Source of the DNA: Ancylonema sp.
Lineage: Eukaryota
Length of the DNA: 64,000 nt
Reading direction: 5' to 3'
Assembly: GCA_050230475.1 (NCBI GenBank)
Contig: JBFLGF010000041.1
Location: forward strand, 1 to 64,000
In this document: in pieces, positions 50,838-64,000 of the stretch
Position numbering within the stretch: the stretch's first letter is position 1
Layout: each line of letters begins with the position of its first letter
The notes under the pieces: generated by a model
The model's database searches: none
Told to the model about the DNA's origin: nothing
Seen by the model: the letters and a program-made list of their open reading frames with translations, nothing else
Program-made: the position numbers and the translations under genes

Positions 50838-53800
50838 TTATTTCTTGTGTTTGAACCTCACTTTGAGCAGAAACTGCAACTTGATCTGCGCGCACGCACA
50901 ACAACGAAACGCGGTCACAAAAAAGAGTAGAACAAGTAAATAATCCAAAATCACGCTCACGATTCCCCCTCAATGACGCAAAAAAAAGGGTGCCGCCCAC
51001 TCTCTCCTCCAACTCGACCTAAAATCTTTAATCTCACCGCAACAATCCACGAGCCCAAGAACCTAAGAGCCCGATAGCCCCAAGAGCCCAACCGCCCAAG
51101 CGCTCAAAAGCCCAAAAACCCAAAAGCCCAAAAGCCCAAATGCCCACAAACCCCTTCCCTAAGACCAACTCCCACCCGCCCCCCTCCCCCCCACCCCCCC
51201 AATACCTGTTTCGTGTCATACACAATATATTCGTTATACTGAAGCTCCGTTGCCCTCACTTTCGAAGGCACGGGCCTCCCTACCGGCACCGTCACCTCCC
51301 CCCTCCACTTGCACGTCTCCCTCGGGTCCGGCTCCACCTTCCCCAACCCCTTGGTGGAATGCTTGCCGGAGGGGGGCTGCTCGAGGTACTGCGCCTTGCG
51401 TAACGGGTACACCTCCCCCAGGGCCACCTCGCTGAGGAGCATGAGCCCGACGGGCGCAGACTTGGTCGGGTAGCAGTACTGGGCGCTCTTGCTCACCAAA
51501 TCCGCGAAATAGACGCCCTTCCCACACTGTACAAATTCCATAACCCCCCCCCCACCCCCCCCCTCCCCCCGGTCTCTGTCAGCCAGGGATGAGACGGGAA
51601 TGTGGGTATGTGAAGGGAGGGGATCGGTGTGTTACCATGTAACCCGTAACCGGTGCCTCAGGGGGTGCGATCCGTAACCCCTGGCTCAGAATCCCTGCGT
51701 AGTTAGTGGTTCGTGACCCGTGCCAGAGCAACATGCGGTTACCAATACGGGTATCCGTATCGGACTCCCCGCTGCGATCCACTGAAAACACATCTTCCAC
51801 CTCCAGATCCCACTCCTGCACCCCACAGAGCATGTGGAGAACCATCTCGATCAGGTAGTATCAACAGAAACATATATGCAAAACATGGTCCCAACATATA
51901 GGAATCAGGGATGCAAGTATGAAAGGATGAGGGTGGGAAGGTTCTCGGGTTCGCACTTTGTGCGTGGGTGCGTGTGTTTTTTGCAAATATTGTTCGATCA
52001 ACACGTAGTCTTTGCTGTCTTTGGGCAGCGGCGCCAGGTGGCACTGCAGTCGTCGGTAGTGGGATTCCAGTGGGTCCTCGTCCCCCCCCCCCCCCTCTCC
52101 CCCCTTCATGATGGTGGTCGCGATCTCGATGTCGCGCAAACTCTCCAGCATACGGATCTGAAGGCGGAACCAAGGGGGGACAAAAGGAGGGGTGACGTGC
52201 AACACAAGGAAATCGACACAGGTTCACAACAACGAGTACTGAAGTAATGAAGGAGACCAAAAGTTGAGTACCAAACGAGTCTAGTAGTGCACACTGGTGT
52301 ACACAAACGCGAATGCAGATTCAAAATAGACATGCCAATGACAACACAAAACGCAAACACGAAAGCTGCTTGGTTTGGGGCGAAGACAGCTCTCCAACAC
52401 AACAATTTGCTTCTTCTTTGACAATCTGTGGTTTGCGGTTCCGTTCCCCCCCCCCCCCTCCTTCTACCTTCTGTTTCAATCTCTCCTCGTTGTTGATTGC
52501 AGCGGGGGTCACAGTGGGGATGAGTGTGAAGAAGCGGCTGCTGGCTTCCAGGATCCGCGCATCCAGCACGGCCTTGGGGGCGACGTCGGATTGGAGAAGG
52601 TTCTGGATCTCCGTAAGGACTACGAAACCTGGCAGCAGATAGAAATACATGGTAGACAACGGATGATCGACAATAGTTGATAGATGATAACATGATAGAT
52701 GTAAACATGATAGATGATAATGTGATTGATGATAAAGTGATAGATGTAAACATGATAGATGATAACGTGATAGATGATAACATGATAGATGATAACGTGA
52801 TAGATGATAATGTGATAGATGATAATGTGATAGATGATAACGTGATAGATGATAATGTGATAGATGATAACGTGATAGATGATAATGTGATAGATGATAA
52901 TGTGAAAGATGATAACGTGATAGATGATAATGTGATAGATGATAACGTGACAGATGATCAAAGGGTAAACGATAGATGATAGATGATAGATGATAGATGA
53001 TAGATGACATATGATCGATAATAGCTGATGGATGTCAATAATGGAGGTACTAATTAAGAGGTGGTCCTTGATGAATGTTCCATGATGGACGTTTAAAAAC
53101 AGAGAAGAGGTAATAAATGACAGAAACATCAACGATAAGTAAACGATAGAAAGAGGGAGTAGAGAAAGATAAATGATCAACCACAAATGCTGATCAACAT
53201 TTAGTATTTGGTAGACAACAAAGTTGGATAAGAAAAGACTTATGATTAATGATGAATGATAAACGATAAATGATGAATGACAACTGAGAAATGATAAATG
53301 ATAAATGATAAATGATGAATGATAAATGATAAATGATAAGACAAATGAAACATATCTCAAAGGTGAGGGTAGGGTGGACTGCCTCCCTCCTGTCACCTTT
53401 CTGTATGGCCCCCTTGGTCAGCTTCCCCAACGGCATCTCGTTCACATTGATCTCAAATTCAAGCATAGCCGCCCTGCCACACTCCACAAAACAGCTGTCA
53501 GCACCCCATTCACCCCCACCCCCCCCCCCCCCCCCATCCCTCCCCCTCCCCCGTCCCTCCCTACTTGAACTGTTCCACATCGAACATCATTTTGAGTATG
53601 TCCTGCAGCCTCGCCTCCAGCTTGCAACCACCCCCACCCCCCCCCCCACCCCCACCCCCACCCTTGGTGGTGGGGGGCTGGGCTGACCCACTCCCGTCTT
53701 CCAACCCATAATCCTGAGGGCAGAAAGAGGACATAACCGTGACAGATACTTGTTACTTCGTAAGGCACATTTTTTGGGCAAGGCCAAGGAAAACATATTA

Positions 53801-54458
53801 TTGAAAAAAAGGGAAAGTACATCACGACCCACCCCCTCCTCCTCCCCCCCCCCCCCTTCTACCATCAAACCGTTACTGATTCTCAGCGAAACGAAAACCG
53901 AGAGCCCCCCCCCCCCAAACCAAACAAAATACGGAACTCCATCCCAGAGCCCAACAGTCCCTTTCGCTCACAATATCCAGCGGGAAGAACTTTCCGTGTC
54001 GTTTCCTGAACCCCACCCCCCCCTCCCACGTCTCCCATTGGTTCCCCGTCATCTCCGCGAAAAGGCGCTTGAACTCAGAGATCGCCTCCGCTTTCGGCAT
54101 TTTCGCGATCATGTCTCGCCCAATGGTTGCGTTTCCCACCCTGCCCCACTTTCGGTACAGGTGGCACACCGACTTGTCGTCTTCCTCGATGATCTGGAGG
54201 ACGTAGTAACTGAAGGGAAACACAGAGGAAGGGGGGGGGGTCTTATGAGGAGGGAGTCCCTTTTTAAAGTAGAAGAAGGGACTGGCGTGGCCAAACGGCA
54301 GTAGCATCTTCTAGTTAGATTTACAATCTCAGACTTCTGCTCTTTACTCCCCATTTGTCCTCTCTCCCCCTCTCCTTCTCTTTCTCTCTCTATCTCTTTC
54401 TCTTTCTCTTTCTCTGTCTCTTTCTCTCTCTATCTCTTTCTCTTTCTCTTTCTCTTTC

Positions 54459-54512
<54 letters not shown>

Positions 54513-57500
54513 CCTCTTTCTCTCTCTATCTCTTTCCCTTTCTCTTTCTGTGCCACACACACTCACATGTTGTCTACGATTCCCACACCACCATCTCTGT
54601 CCCTGTCGTCTCCAACCTAACTCCAATGGTGATGCTGATGGTGTGCTTCCTCTACCTACCACCCGCACACAACCTCCCTTTCCCCTTCCCTCCTTCTCCC
54701 CACCTGTTCGCCCCCGACGCCAGATCCGCCAGATTCAGCGTTGCGTTATACAGGCTGCCCCCCGTGTCCAGAACGTGACCACTCTCCTGTAGCCCCGAGT
54801 CGCGGTGCACGGCCCCCCTACCCTTCACCTTCACCTTGGCGGACCCCCCCACCCCCCCCACCTCCAGCAGGTACTTCCCCCCCATCCCTAACCGCATCCT
54901 CTGCTCCAAGCAGTCCTCCAGGTACGACTCGCGGAGGATGGGGATGGACAGATCCCTGAGAGACACGTGGCACGTGCGGAACCACACACGAGAGGGGAAG
55001 AGAAAGGGCGGGGTTTGGTAAACGTGTTGTGGAAATTCAGGTTTCATACGAATGGAAGTTTTTGTGGTTTATATCTTCTGATGCAGTAATACATTTCACG
55101 GTCTTGCCAAGATACATGCTGTTTGAAACAAAATTGGTGATATAGATTTTGGAAAATCATTGATTTCTGTCCAGGTTACTGATAACCGTTTTCCTAAACA
55201 AATTGATACACAACACACCATTTCAATTTTTCATTACAGAATAGAAATGAAAGAAGAGCAGGAAAAAAGAAACAGGGGGGGGGAGACAACCAATTGCCCA
55301 CCTTGCTTTCTTCAACTTGGCACTCTCCCCTCCGCTCTCCAGACTCTCCTGCGCGCTGATGACGCAGTTGGTGTCTGACAAAAAAAGCCAGGAAACACAT
55401 CCCCTCTATCATGCCTCCCCCCCCACAGAGCAATCCTCCCACCCCCCCCCCCCCCCCAGCCCCCCCCACTTACTGGTGGACACGGCCCCCACCAGCCTTC
55501 CCCCAGCTGCGTCAATCTTCTCCTTCCATTCGTTCTGGACACCCACCCACAGCCCCCTCTCAATCTAGGACGACCCCGCTCAAACCAGCATCCCATGACC
55601 CATAACCCATTCCCACCATAACCGATAACCACAATACTCCTCATACTCCATAACCATTACAACCCATACCCATCATAACCCATGACCAACATTGACTCAT
55701 ACCCACCATAACCCATAACCATCATAATCCATAACCATTACAACCCATAACCACCATGATCCATAACCAACATTGACTCATAACCATCATAACCCATACC
55801 CCCCACACCCCACCCCCACCCTCCCCCAGCCCCGTCCTGCCCCTCACCTGCGCCCTGGACAGTTTCCCCACGATGACCACCACCACCCCCTTGAGCGGCA
55901 CGTCAGACACCACCCCCTCCGCAGGAAGAGGCTTTGAGGAGGGGGCCGCTTCCAGCTTCGGCTTGGGAGCGGTAGGGTCCACCGCGGGGGGCAGCAGACG
56001 GGTCGGCAAACACGCTTTCTTCTTGGATTTGGCCAACAACTCCTTTTTCAGTTTCTGGCACCCCCAACCCCACCCCCACCCCCACCCCCACCCCCCCGCC
56101 CCCAGGCTGGATATGAGATTCATCCCCCTGGTCTCTACTCCCACCCTCCACCTGGCCTGCAGCATGCAGCTGTAGCTATCTATCTATCTGTCTATCCATC
56201 TACCTGCAGGTACTCGTTCTCCGTGTCTTCCGGAACCTTCCAGCACCCCCCCTCCCGTATCCCCTCCCTTGTAGAGAAGACGCACTTGGCCCATTCCGAC
56301 ACAAACCCCCTGCAGCGATACGCTGCGTCCCCGTACTCCATCTTCCCCTTGCACACGGGGCACCTCCCCAGGGGTCCGAACAGGATGCCGTCCGCACACC
56401 TGTCCCTCAGCTCCGCCTCGGGCCCCCTGTTGTCCTGACCATTCTCCTCCAGCATGTCCCGCAGGTCTTGAAGGGAGACGAGGTTCTTGAGGCGGTCTTT
56501 CAGGGCCCAGATGTCGCGGCTCTGGACCTCAAGCTGGGTTGCCAAGGTGGCGTCGAGGACGGCGCCCCCCTTTTTGGATGGCGCCCTCTTCTCCTTCTCC
56601 TTCTCCTTCGCCTTCCCCTCGTCGGATTTGCGCCCCTTTTTGGGCTTGGGTCCCCCACCCCCAACCGCATCCCCAACCGCATCCCCGGCCGGAGTTCCGG
56701 CCGGATTCCCGGCCTCGGGCCCAGCCTCCACCTTCCGCTTTTGGCCCCCCCCGCCACTGGCCTTCCCCTCCTGCAGAAGCCTGGTCCGGTCGTCCACGTT
56801 CAATGTATCCCAACCCGGCAGCTTCTGCAGCGGGTCCGTCCACCACCCCATCTTCATCATGCAGGTGGCGTGGCGCCAGGCGGGGGTGGGGCGACCTTGG
56901 GGACCGGGGAGCAGGCGGGCGATACGGACCTGGAATTCAAATCCACACCCTCTGTTTCGGACTCGGAAGTCAAGGAGAGAAAGTCAAGGAGAGGAATATG
57001 TGTGACGGAAGTGAAACATTCTCGGGGAACAGCGAATGAAGTCAAGGACCGACCAGCGTTATCCAACCGACCAATCAGATAAGCTACCAAGTAGGTAAAC
57101 AACCCGTCAGTGTTGTTCACAAATAAATGTAGGGGGAAGGATCGGTTCATTGTAGCGGTTAACCGTAGTTGACACTGTGGCTCACCTCACCCTGGTCGAT
57201 TTTCGCGTCGCACCCTCGGCAAGTGGAGCGGGTGCTCTTGGCGTAGTCAACCACAAACTCCCCCCCTTCCCCCTCCCCACCCTCGTCGTCCCCGCCCTCG
57301 TCCTCGAACGGCTGCGACTCCCCTTGAACGTATTTACGAATCTTCTGCTGGTCGTCCCAGCGAAGAGAATCCAGGCCCTCGATGTCGCCCAGGCTTAGGG
57401 ATGGGGGGCAGAAAGACATGTTACATGTCGATGTCATTTTCGTTTTGTCGGTTCTTTTGGGGGACGGTGGGAAGAGGCAAATGTGGAAGTGGTGTGGACG

Positions 57501-58118
57501 GTTGTAACGAGTCTTGAGGAGATCTGATGGAACGGGCTCGAGTCGGGTATGATGTGAATGATCGAGGAGGAGGGCATGATGTGATGCTAAGGATGCCCTT
57601 TGAATACCTTTTGATGACACCGGCCTTCTTCATTATGCAGCGGGGATGGAACCAGTTCTGCATTCAAAAAATAAGGGGAAACTGTTATATGAAGGTCCGT
57701 CATGATTATTCGGTCGTGTATGAGCCTCTCCAGCAATCGGCAGTTTTTTTTTTTTTTTGGCCAATGCGAAAACGATTTGCAGATCAGATGTGAATTATTT
57801 GAAACCAAGATTTTGAAGTGCATAGCAGAATCAGTTTACTGACGACAAGGAAGCGCCTGGAACATGGAATATGGCGTCGGCTGTAACAGTGACTTCAATT
57901 TCTGGTATCACACGTCACGTCCTGCATGGGGAATGCACACGCATCGAAAAATAACCCTCCCAATTACTCACCGTCATGTATCCATCGAAAAGATTGGACT
58001 GCGTGACAAGTGCAATCCGTAGCACATCCTTGGATATCAAACTCCGACATTTTTTGCAAGAAGCTCTCCCACTCTTTGAATACTCCACCTTATACGGCTG
58101 TGGAGCAGCGCCTTCCAT
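50838..58118 (-). CDS. PARP1: poly(ADP-ribose) polymerase 1 (two zf-PARP, PADR1, BRCT, WGR, regulatory and catalytic domains)
   Basis: Peptides [34 protein letters not shown]...[30 protein letters not shown]...[25 protein letters not shown], and last exon [15 protein letters not shown]. Confidence 0.97.
52678..53007. repeat. intronic minisatellite (16-bp unit gatagatgataa(c/t)gt, then gatagat)
   Basis: Tandem units with no unique spacers. Confidence 0.95.
54360..54550. repeat. intronic CT-rich microsatellite (tctctt)n
   Basis: Pyrimidine-only tandem tract. Confidence 0.9.
55595..55800. repeat. intronic ccataac-type degenerate tandem repeat
   Basis: Recurrent (c)ccataac units. Confidence 0.8.
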
Positions 58119-58358
58119 TCGAAGGGCTTGATTTTCAGCTCTCTATGTTTATCTTTCCGGGGAGGAGAATTCTAACATTTTTTTGTAGATTTGTGCACAA
58201 CTCGAGACAGAGCGGGAATTTAACAAGCTTCTACACTTGAATTTCGGTCTCTTGTCAATCAATACACTCACCACGAGTCACAGGGCGTGTACAGAAGCCG
58301 TGTTTGAGCACAACACCCGAAGAGGGGGCGCGCTGTGTGTTCGTGTCAAAGTTGGCCC

Positions 58359-58874
58359 CATTGTTAAATTTTAACCCGGGGCGCCGTCCGAGGCGTTTTC
58401 GCCCGGAGCGAAAAAACCGGGGCGAGATTTTCGGGGCGGGGCCATAGGCCAAAATACCCAAAAAAAACAAAACTGCCGCAATGCGGAGATATGATTGGTT
58501 TTGCGAAAATTGACTTTTTGCACAATGTGCACCATACGCCGCAAGTCGGACATCATCTAATGTCACCCATACTCACCTACTCCGTGGCGTAGTGTGGTAT
58601 AATTCGAGAAAAATAAAAATAAAAAAAATAAAACTTGAGATACACAAAAGAATATTACACGGGTTAAGATGGAAGGCGTACTTAGTGTTATAAAATTTTA
58701 TCTACTTGTTGGATTTGACTTTTAAAAAGATGTACATGATCTACGTGATCTTGGGGTCCTTCTGCAGAAAACCTAAAAAACCTCTATAGATCCGCCCCGG
58801 GCGAGATTTTTTTTGGTCGGGGCGCCGCTCGGGGCGAAAATCGGGGCGAAATTTTCGGGGCGGGGCCAACTATG
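58359..58874 (-). mobile_element. hAT-type MITE family A, copy 3 (inverted, no nested insert)
   Basis: Reverse complement of the family A core (e.g. atgtacatgatctacgtgatcttggggtcct). Ends cattgtt / ggggccaactatg; the TSD is not recognisable. Confidence 0.85.
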
Positions 58875-59174
58875 GTCCGCGACTGTGCTCCCAATTCCCT
58901 CGGCTACCCCAAAGAACTGATGTCAGACCCGTTGTAGCGTGCTAATACCTGGCATTCCTCGATATAACGGTTCTGGCGTCCGACTCGTCCGCGTACTTGC
59001 ATCGCGTCGTACCGAGGCAACGTGTCGGAATTTCCGAGTCGTCCTTCACCCCCCAAGTTCCCGCTCCGCGAGTTCGAATTCTACAGAGCAGCTCTGGCAG
59101 AGAGAGGTGCATACTTCTTGTAATCTACGTACTCCTGTCAGAGGCCGCCAACGGATCTTATTAGATCACAGACC

Positions 59175-60462
59175 ATGACGAGCGTCTCTCAGGAGAGCTT
59201 CGAAGAAACGTCAAATCTCATGACCGACCTCATGAAAGTATTCCAGGTGCAAGACGATAGTGATGCTATCTTAGCGCTTCAGGCCAAGCACAATGACGTT
59301 CTCAGGCTTTGCGAAGAGCGAGAAGAGAAGATGGACGCCTTGTTGGAGGGTGAGTGAAAACCGTACCTTGAACTACTGTCATGACATTCGTTGGCACCAT
59401 GACGAGGACTTGCCGTCGTCCGCTCTCACCAGCGTCCGTGAGGTCCATAATTTACATTGCCACATCTGGGATGTGGGCAGATTTGGTGAAGAAAGTGAAT
59501 GAAGCGAAGAGGAAAGCGGCTCCAGCTGTGCCTGAAAAGTCGCACAGGCAGGAGGTGCTGGAAGCAGATCAGAACAAGGAACGCACTGCTCAACAAATAG
59601 ACGACATGGCGGCCGAAGCAAAATATCCTCCTATACTCCTGAAGTTCACTCTTGTCTGTACAACATAAGTAAACTTTATATTTACCACAACATTCTCATG
59701 GTCCTCCTGTGTCGGCCGTGGTTTTTGTCTACCCCCTAGGATATGCTAGCAGCCAAGCAATGCCTTTGTTGAATTGCTATAAAGCGCTCCCAAGATTGCC
59801 CGTGTGTTAGAAAAACCACGCTTTGTTGTACCGTTGCTTATGGCGTTATCTTGCTGAAGCCAGCTTTCCTTAACCCTCTTATGCACAAGATTGGAGGCAT
59901 ATCAGGAGGATCTTCAAGATAGTGCAAACGCTCTCCAGCGAAGACGAGTTCAACTCGAGAACCTCGCCCGTCAGGAGCTGCCTCGTGTTGTGTGAGCGGT
60001 TCTCATTCGCAGTACCTTTGATTCTTGGATGCAGCTCCGCCTTCTGGATGTGTTTCAGTTAAGCATGCGTGGAATGGCCCAAGTGTATAGCACCAAGTGC
60101 TCAACTGTAAATAATCTAATGGGCTTGCTTGTGCTCTTTGCAGGTACGAACTCAGCTTGTATGCCAACATTTCTGGCATTGCTTGGGATCTCAATACTCC
60201 AAATGAAGTGAAAGGCAGTATCCTTACAAGCCGAACTGATTGACTTCTGAGGACGATTGTTGTTGTCTTTGTGTACAAATCCTTCAAAGTTGTACTGACT
60301 CAGATTGCCATTAACTTGTTTGAAGCACTTCCGATCTGCTATCCTTAACTTTGTTCTCCCTCAGACATAACCAGGAGGCGGGAAGGCGACGTTCAACCAT
60401 TCATTATCAAGGAGGCATCTGAGTTCGAACTGTCAAACAGGTTGTGGGAGCTTATTTCATAA
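59175..60462 (+). CDS. SPC24: kinetochore NDC80-complex subunit SPC24; exons 59175-59349, 59481-59622, 59887-59991, 60144-60217, 60365-60462
   Basis: Coiled-coil N-terminus, then ELSLYANISGIAWD...VKG...FELSNRLWELIS*. The frame is continuous only when the two U12-type introns are used. Confidence 0.85.
59623..59886 (+). other. U12-type AT-AC intron
   Basis: 5' ATATCCTC, branch TTCCTTAAC (59866-59874), 3' CAC. Confidence 0.92.
60218..60364 (+). other. U12-type GT-AG intron
   Basis: 5' GTATCCTT, branch TCCTTAAC (60342-60349), 3' CAG. Confidence 0.92.
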
Positions 60463-61729
60463 GGCGTGACGTGTCAATGGAGCAAGAAATCTGTAAATAT
60501 GGGAATATAAAGCTGCATTCTCGAGCAATTCTTGTACAGTATTAGCGCAATGCAGAATGAAGGTTTTCGGGTATTGCTTGCCCTAGTGTTATATGCTCAT
60601 GGAGATAATATCCAAGGACCTGCGGCAGCAGTGTACTAAAATTATCCAAACTGCGTGCCTACACTTGTAAATATATTTCATATGGAAGTGTAAACCAACT
60701 TGGAGCTGGTGGCTACGACTTCATTCTATATTAATTTGAGATGTGAGGGGTAATTCGATTTGACACGTTCACATTCCCATAGTGTCTTTCACCAAGTGGA
60801 AACTTATGAGCGATTATTATATTTTCCCTCCTGAACGAAATTGTATATGCAATGCTATTGCTGTTGCTAGAACTTCTAATCATCATTCAGCCTGATCTTT
60901 CAGCTCCGACTACAGTCTCATAGTTGCTTTTTCTCATAGTTGCCACAATCTACACCAATTAAGAATCATAAACGAATAAAAATGGTTTTATTCAATGGCA
61001 CTGTACCATAGTGGAACTGTACCATATACTGTACCATAATATCCCGTGGTAATATCTCGTGACCCACATTATAGAATGACCCACTTTTCACAAAAAGCGA
61101 ATATTTTACTTGACCCAATTCACCCTTTTCATACTTATGTTAGGGTCATTATGTGGGTTAGTGGCCAGTACAGTATATGCACTGCTCTTGCTGCAACTCT
61201 ATTCCAAATGACTGAAATATTGAATCCATTATTTGCAAACACCCTTCATTACAATATACTTCTGGTCCACCCTTCTGGTCCACTACATTGGCTACTTCCT
61301 AGCTACCTAATGAAGTGCTAAGTTAATGAACGTACACTTTACCTCCTTTGTTACTTGCCTATTTTTACAAAGTGCATGTCCATGTACGGCTTTGCTACAC
61401 ATAATTCCTGTTTTTGCAAACAAGTCTCATTGTAGACCGACACAACACAACATCACATCATTTACATATATCACAATGCACTGTTTGGGGATAGGACAGA
61501 GCCAGAACAAAAATTAAGCGAAAAACCCAAAGCATGTTTTCTTTACATGTTGTATTCAATTGTTGGCCTAACCTTCCTTGCTTCAACAAAAATAGTATGT
61601 ATCTAAAAGGATTTGAAAAGACAAAGAACATTTACGCTACATTCGAGTGAACCAACAACTCCAAAGAAGATTTATTCTCACACCAAAATCCAGCAATTAT
61701 GTGCTGCAAAAAATCCCATGAGGCATGTC

Positions 61730-64000
61730 CTACAAACTAGATGACCTAGCAGTCCAGGAAATGTTTATGTCCTCACCAAGCGGCACTTCGATGAGATGCA
61801 AAACAAACCCTGCTGCAAGCTTACGTGTGGAGTACCTTGGGCCATACGACTTTCCATTCACCATCAGCGTGCCCAGCTTTCGAGGCCCTCCCAACACCGT
61901 CAGCTTATTCAACACCCACCCCTGCTGCTTGGCAAACGAGGGATACACCACTGAACTCCCCACCGACCCCCCTCCATTTGCATGCAGCGTGGCAGAAAAC
62001 TTGATGTGCGTCGACACTCCTGGCACCAACTTCATCTTCAGACTCTCTCCACTATCCAAAAACAGCTCCCCTCTCGCTGTCTGGTCCATTGAGCTCTTCG
62101 CCCCAAACGTGACGAGCAGCGAAAAGGGGGTCTTCCTCGCGGCTGCCGTGGTCAACGCCCCCCCTTGCATGGGAAGGACCGACCCCTCATACGCGTGCAC
62201 CGGAATCGTCGCCAGAGGAGCCTTCAGAGTCGCCACCACTCCCTCGGTGCTCTGCACCTGGTCGTAATTGAAGATGTTCCACCACCTCCCAGCAGGGAAA
62301 TACGCGTCCACAGTCACCGCTCCCTGAGTGAGCACAGGCGAAACCAGCAGACTCCTCCCAACCATAAACTGCAGATGCACGTCGAGCGTGTTTGCGTCAT
62401 TGGGGAAGGAGAAGAAGAGGGGGCGGGCCATGGGAGCTCCCGTTCTGTGGGAGTCATAGCTGAGCGTGTACCAGTACGGCAGGAGACGGTAGCGCATCCC
62501 CAGAGCCGTTCTGGCTGCAGTGGTGACCGACGGCCAGTTGTAAGGCTCTTGGGGGGAACTGAAGTGGACCGCATGGTTTCGCGCAAAGGGGTAGAACGCG
62601 CCCACGGACGTCCACCGATTGCATAGCTCTTCTGTGGTAGATCCGTAGAAGCCGCCTGGAAAGCAACCACGAGGATGGGGCTATATGAGGTACGGGCATA
62701 TACTTCACAGGCACATAACACAGGGAGGTGTAAATTATGGGGGGGAGCGAATTCGTGAGCATAACAAAGGGATTGAGAAGGAAGGTACACAGAGCAGAAA
62801 TGAAGTGGAGTGAGGATGGGAGCAGCTCACAGATATCAGCCCCGACCATCGGAATTCCCAGGATCCCAAAGTTCTGGATCTGCGTGATGCTGTACTGCAG
62901 ATCCTGCCACCTGGCAGCGTTATCCCCCGACCAATGCGCGGCGTACGACCCCGCCCCCGGAAACGTCGACCGGGACAGAATAAAGGGCCTCTTCTGCGTG
63001 ATCTTCACCAACGAGGCGTGCGTCACCTTGCCCTCCGACAGCCCGTACAGGCTGTGCGCGTCGTACTCCCTCACCCCCCCGTGATGCGTGGCGCTCATGG
63101 CGACCGTGCTGTTCCCAAGGGACGAGTGCTCCCCCCGGTTATTGATCTTGTAGGGCGGGTGGTCCCACCGGGTCGCCAGCGCGTCGCTGCAGGAGAGGCA
63201 GCAGGTGAGCTGGGCGGTTGCGTTCGGGGGACAGGTGGCGGAGGGGACGTCGCAGGTGACGCCGGAGCAGAAGTTGGACACCTCGTTCATGTCGATCCAC
63301 AGCCCGTCGAAATTCAGCGTCTGGTGGAAAGCGGAGAGCTCTGCGTCCCAGTAGGTACCGATGGACGGGTGCAAGAAGTCGGGGTATGCGGTTATCCCGG
63401 GCCACACCTGGCCCAGATACGTCTTCCCTCTCACGTCTTTCAGGAAGATGTCGGCTAGGATGCCCTGGCTGTATGCACCGTAACTAGGCTCCACTTTGAT
63501 ACCTGCCCACCCCACCATCTTGAAGCAGTAAGGTACTCATCGTTTTTACTCGTTTTAATTTGATGCTAGCTTCATAGGCTCAGATTCTTTCTTCAAGCAA
63601 CCAACTTATCGGACTAGAAATAAAGGAGGATAGCGTTTGAACTGAATAACTTTGCAGGGCACCCACTCTGCACTCAAATCAGGAGACACAAATCCAACTC
63701 CGACCACTTCCACACCTCCACTGCACTATTTTTCAGCCACTCTCAATCACATCCAATCCTCCATGCCATTCCTATCTTGCCTGACAGACAAAAACGATAC
63801 AAGCAGCGCCCCCTACCTCCGCCTCCCGTCCTCCGTACCTGGATCCACAATGACCACGTAGTGCAGCTGCTGCTTGTGCAGTTGGGCCACAAACTCCTGC
63901 AGCTGCGGCAGGGGGAAGGCCACAGGGTCGACCGTGAAGTCTCTCCACCCGTTCATGAAGTCGATGTCACTCCAGAGGGTGTCCAGAGGGATCTTGGCTG
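61730..64000 (-). CDS. GH31 alpha-glucosidase/alpha-xylosidase, 3' part (5' end outside the window)
   Basis: Peptides WSDIDFM, GQVWPG...PDF, DGLWIDMNEVSNF (nucleophile), RPFILSRSTF, HWSGDN (acid/base), PMVGADIC|GF and GAFYPFARNH. Confidence 0.95.

Noticed and set aside
52678..52960. CRISPR-like repeat array
   Set aside because: Pure tandem 16-mers with no unique spacers, inside a eukaryotic intron.
61001..61038. Three copies of ctgtaccata
   Set aside because: Too short, with no partner end, to assign a function.

Overview
Eukaryotic, intron-rich streptophyte plant/alga DNA (closest recognisable homologues are land-plant genes; the species cannot be determined). There are eight spliced protein-coding loci: an At2g44870-like plastid protein (+), a leukotriene-A4-hydrolase-like M1 aminopeptidase (-), MRD1/RBM19 (-), a frameshifted SEC14/CRAL-TRIO gene (-), a plastid GNAT7-like acetyltransferase (-), PARP1 (-), SPC24 (+, with two U12-type introns) and a GH31 alpha-glucosidase (-, runs off the window). 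Intergenic DNA is packed with nested hAT and Mutator MITEs, a CRE-like LINE 3' fragment, decayed TE relics and a complete but degenerate Ty1/copia element. The standout is an 8.8-kb gag-protease retroelement (22586-31383) with split direct repeats, A1-ORFs-PPT-B1-gc-A2-B2. That layout is known from tyrosine-recombinase retroelements, yet this element has DDE-integrase hallmarks: TG...CA genomic ends, a 4-bp TSD (supported by restoration of the interrupted hAT reading frame) and an internal near-palindromic CA-gc-TG junction that mirrors the two ends. All calls were made by eye from the sequence; no database searches were run.
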